Source: a bacterium
GTDB taxonomy: Bacteria; Margulisbacteria; Marinamargulisbacteria; GCA-2716485; JAYNIM01
Reading direction: 5' to 3'
Assembly: GCA_038109055.1 (NCBI GenBank)
Contig: JAYNIM010000009.1
Coordinates: forward strand, 37,651 to 66,618
DNA: 28,968 nucleotides
Positions 27,011-28,968 of the stretch are shown piece after piece. The notes below the pieces were generated by a model. It was not told where the DNA came from and made no database searches. It was given only the letters and a program-made list of their open reading frames with translations. How positions within the stretch are numbered: position 1 is the first letter of the stretch; each line of letters opens with the position of its first letter. The position numbers and the translations under genes are program-made.

Positions 27011-28053
27011 TTTTTCCTTTTAAAAAATAGTAACAATCCGCTGCTTAGCGCAACCATTGCTAGAACAAGAATAGGATAAGCAAATTTCCATTCAAGTTCT
27101 GGCATATATTTAAAGTTCATGCCGTATATACCCGCCAAAAAGGTCAACGGCATAAAAATTGCAGTAACAATGGTCAGCATTTTCATAATGTCATTGGACC
27201 GCAAATTAATTGCGGATAAGTGTCTTTCGCTTAAATCGATAAGTTCTTCCCTAAATGACTCTGAAATATCGATGATGTGCGCAATATGGTCATAGAGATC
27301 CGTCAAATATTTATCTGTTTTTTCAGCAATTAGCGAAGATTCGGATTTTTTCAAGTTCAGGACAATATCTCTCGTATACCAGGAATAGCGCTTCAAAACC
27401 AAAATCTGTTTTTTCAATGTTTGTATGTTTTTTAACGTAGATTGAGAGGGCGCTTGATCAACTTCAACATTCAGCTCCGATAATCTCACGTCTATTTTTC
27501 TTAATGATTCGAAGTAGGTGTCAATCACATAGTCAAATAAGGTGTAGAATAAATAATCTTCTTTTTTTTCTGTTACTTTTCCTTTTTTATTTAAAACCCT
27601 GTCCTTAACAATAGAAAAGGTATCGGCTGTGTTCTCTTGAAAAGATAAAATGAGCTTTGGTGCCAAAAACAATGCAATATGTTCAAGTTTAATCTCTGCT
27701 CCATCAAAGGAAATTGCTTTTATCAAAATAAAGAAGTGCTGCGGGTGCTCTTCTATTTTGGGAAGCTGGCTTGTATTCGTAATATCTTCCAAGATAAGTG
27801 AATGGATGTTAAATATTGACCCGGTTTCACGCATAATCTGTAAGTCATGAATACCGCGAATATCAACCCAGTCAATTTTTTCTTTTGATCTCTTTATTGT
27901 TTTAAGGTTGTCAATCGTCTTGCATTTCGCAGAATCTGAATCATACCTTATAAGCGAAATATGTACCGGTTCATTTCTTTCAGGTCCTATATGCATGGTT
28001 GTTCCCGGTGGCAACCCTGTTTTCTTGGCTAAACTTTTCAAATAACGTTTCAT
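26998..28053 (-). CDS. corA: Magnesium/cobalt transporter CorA
   Basis: GLPPGT N-terminus, GIYGMNF and MPEL motifs, two C-terminal TM helices. Confidence 0.97.
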   Translation of the reverse strand: MKRYLKSLAKKTGLPPGTTMHIGPERNEPVHISLIRYDSDSAKCKTIDNLKTIKRSKEKIDWVDIRGIHDLQIMRETGSIFNIHSLILEDITNTSQLPKIEEHPQHFFILIKAISFDGAEIKLEHIALFLAPKLILSFQENTADTFSIVKDRVLNKKGKVTEKKEDYLFYTLFDYVIDTYFESLRKIDVRLSELNVEVDQAPSQSTLKNIQTLKKQILVLKRYSWYTRDIVLNLKKSESSLIAEKTDKYLTDLYDHIAHIIDISESFREELIDLSERHLSAINLRSNDIMKMLTIVTAIFMPLTFLAGIYGMNFKYMPELEWKFAYPILVLAMVALSSGLLLFFKRKKWFD

Positions 28054-28968
28054 GCAATGCCCCCGGATTTAATATGAATATCTCGCTGTGGAAACGGGAT
28101 CTCAATGTTGTTTTCTTTGAATTTATCCCAAATAGCCAACATGACCTCAGATTGTGGAAGAAAACGTCCTTGTGTCACATCAGCAACAAAAAAAAATAAC
28201 AAAAAATTAACCGAGCTATCGCCATATTCTCTTAAATAACACTCCGGTTTTGGATCTTGAATGCAGAGAGGATGTTCGTTCGCTGCTTCTAGCATAAGTG
28301 CCTGGGCTTTTTTAATATCGGATTTGTAAGACACTCCAACAGGAATCTCAATTCTTCCTTTTAAGTTACTAAACGTCCAGTTTGTAACACGATGAGTTAT
28401 AAAATCTTCATTTGGAACCATGATTTCTTTACCATCAAAGCTTTCAATGAGTGTATAGCGTGCGCTGATATGACGAATAAATCCATATATACCATTTTCC
28501 ATTTCGATGAGGTCATCTGTTTCAATCGACTTTTCAAGAAGCAAGATTATTCCGCTGATAAAATTTGAGGTGATCTTTTGCAGTCCAAATCCAATCCCAA
28601 CACCCAAGGCACCACCAACAACTGTTAAAGCAGTTAAGTCAATACCTAAAATCCCCAACGCAGCTATAAATGTGAAAAAGTATATGGATACTTCAATTGA
28701 CTTGGATAGTAGGGCTTTTGTCGTCGATTTTAATTGACGGCTTTTTTTGATTTGCTTATTTGCCCAATCGACAGTCGAAGAAGAACACCAGCCTAAAATA
28801 ACAAGGAGAATCAGCGCTTTGGCAAGTATGAGAGGTGTTAGCTTTATGGTTCCAATGTGGATAGCAAAAGTATTAATGCTACTTAAAAGATTGTTGATTT
28901 GTCCAAATTGATGTAACAGCCATAAAATGAGTCCAATTATTGTTGTAATAAATGCAACAATATAGCTC
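28050..28968 (-). CDS. mscS: Small-conductance mechanosensitive channel family protein (5' partial)
   Basis: GALGVGIGFGLQ, VPN, VGVSY, IEIPFPQRDIH; the frame appears to continue upstream of 28658 to the window edge. Confidence 0.92.
   Translation of the reverse strand, partial: SYIVAFITTIIGLILWLLHQFGQINNLLSSINTFAIHIGTIKLTPLILAKALILLVILGWCSSSTVDWANKQIKKSRQLKSTTKALLSKSIEVSIYFFTFIAALGILGIDLTALTVVGGALGVGIGFGLQKITSNFISGIILLLEKSIETDDLIEMENGIYGFIRHISARYTLIESFDGKEIMVPNEDFITHRVTNWTFSNLKGRIEIPVGVSYKSDIKKAQALMLEAANEHPLCIQDPKPECYLREYGDSSVNFLLFFFVADVTQGRFLPQSEVMLAIWDKFKENNIEIPFPQRDIHIKSGGIA

Noticed and set aside
1221..28737. Short ORFs overlapping larger genes (e.g. 1221-1541, 2453-2761, 3286-3513, 8440-8778, 9901-10629, 21125-21559, 27650-27850)
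   Set aside because: Shadow frames of well-supported genes, with no motifs or RBS.

Overview
Bacterial chromosomal window. The left part is a housekeeping block (JAMM/MPN protein, rph, coaD-linked hypothetical, coaD, rsmD, recG, purL, pcm), preceded by a partial repeat-containing orphan gene. The right part is a transporter operon (mscS partial, corA, cation/H+ antiporter). Between them, tRNA-Asp(GTC) at 8907-8983 anchors a ~16.7-kb tandem array of insertions, every junction carrying the tRNA 3' core CCCCGCCA: tRNA - 210-bp unit - 210-bp unit - cassette 1 (one 1142-aa HD-domain gene) - 210-bp unit - cassette 2 (12.3 kb of cargo, including an SF1 helicase-nuclease and an HTH switch) - chromosome. 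Both cassettes end in the same ~115-bp arm, which encodes WRGLRDKVRTYFLTE-x6-G* on the minus strand. I infer that this is the displaced C-terminus/attP arm of a serine integrase. No intact integrase is present in the window. A shared GTTTA-N15-GGGTA (sigmaB/SigF-like) promoter precedes several orphan genes and pcm. All functional calls come from reading motifs by eye; no searches were run.
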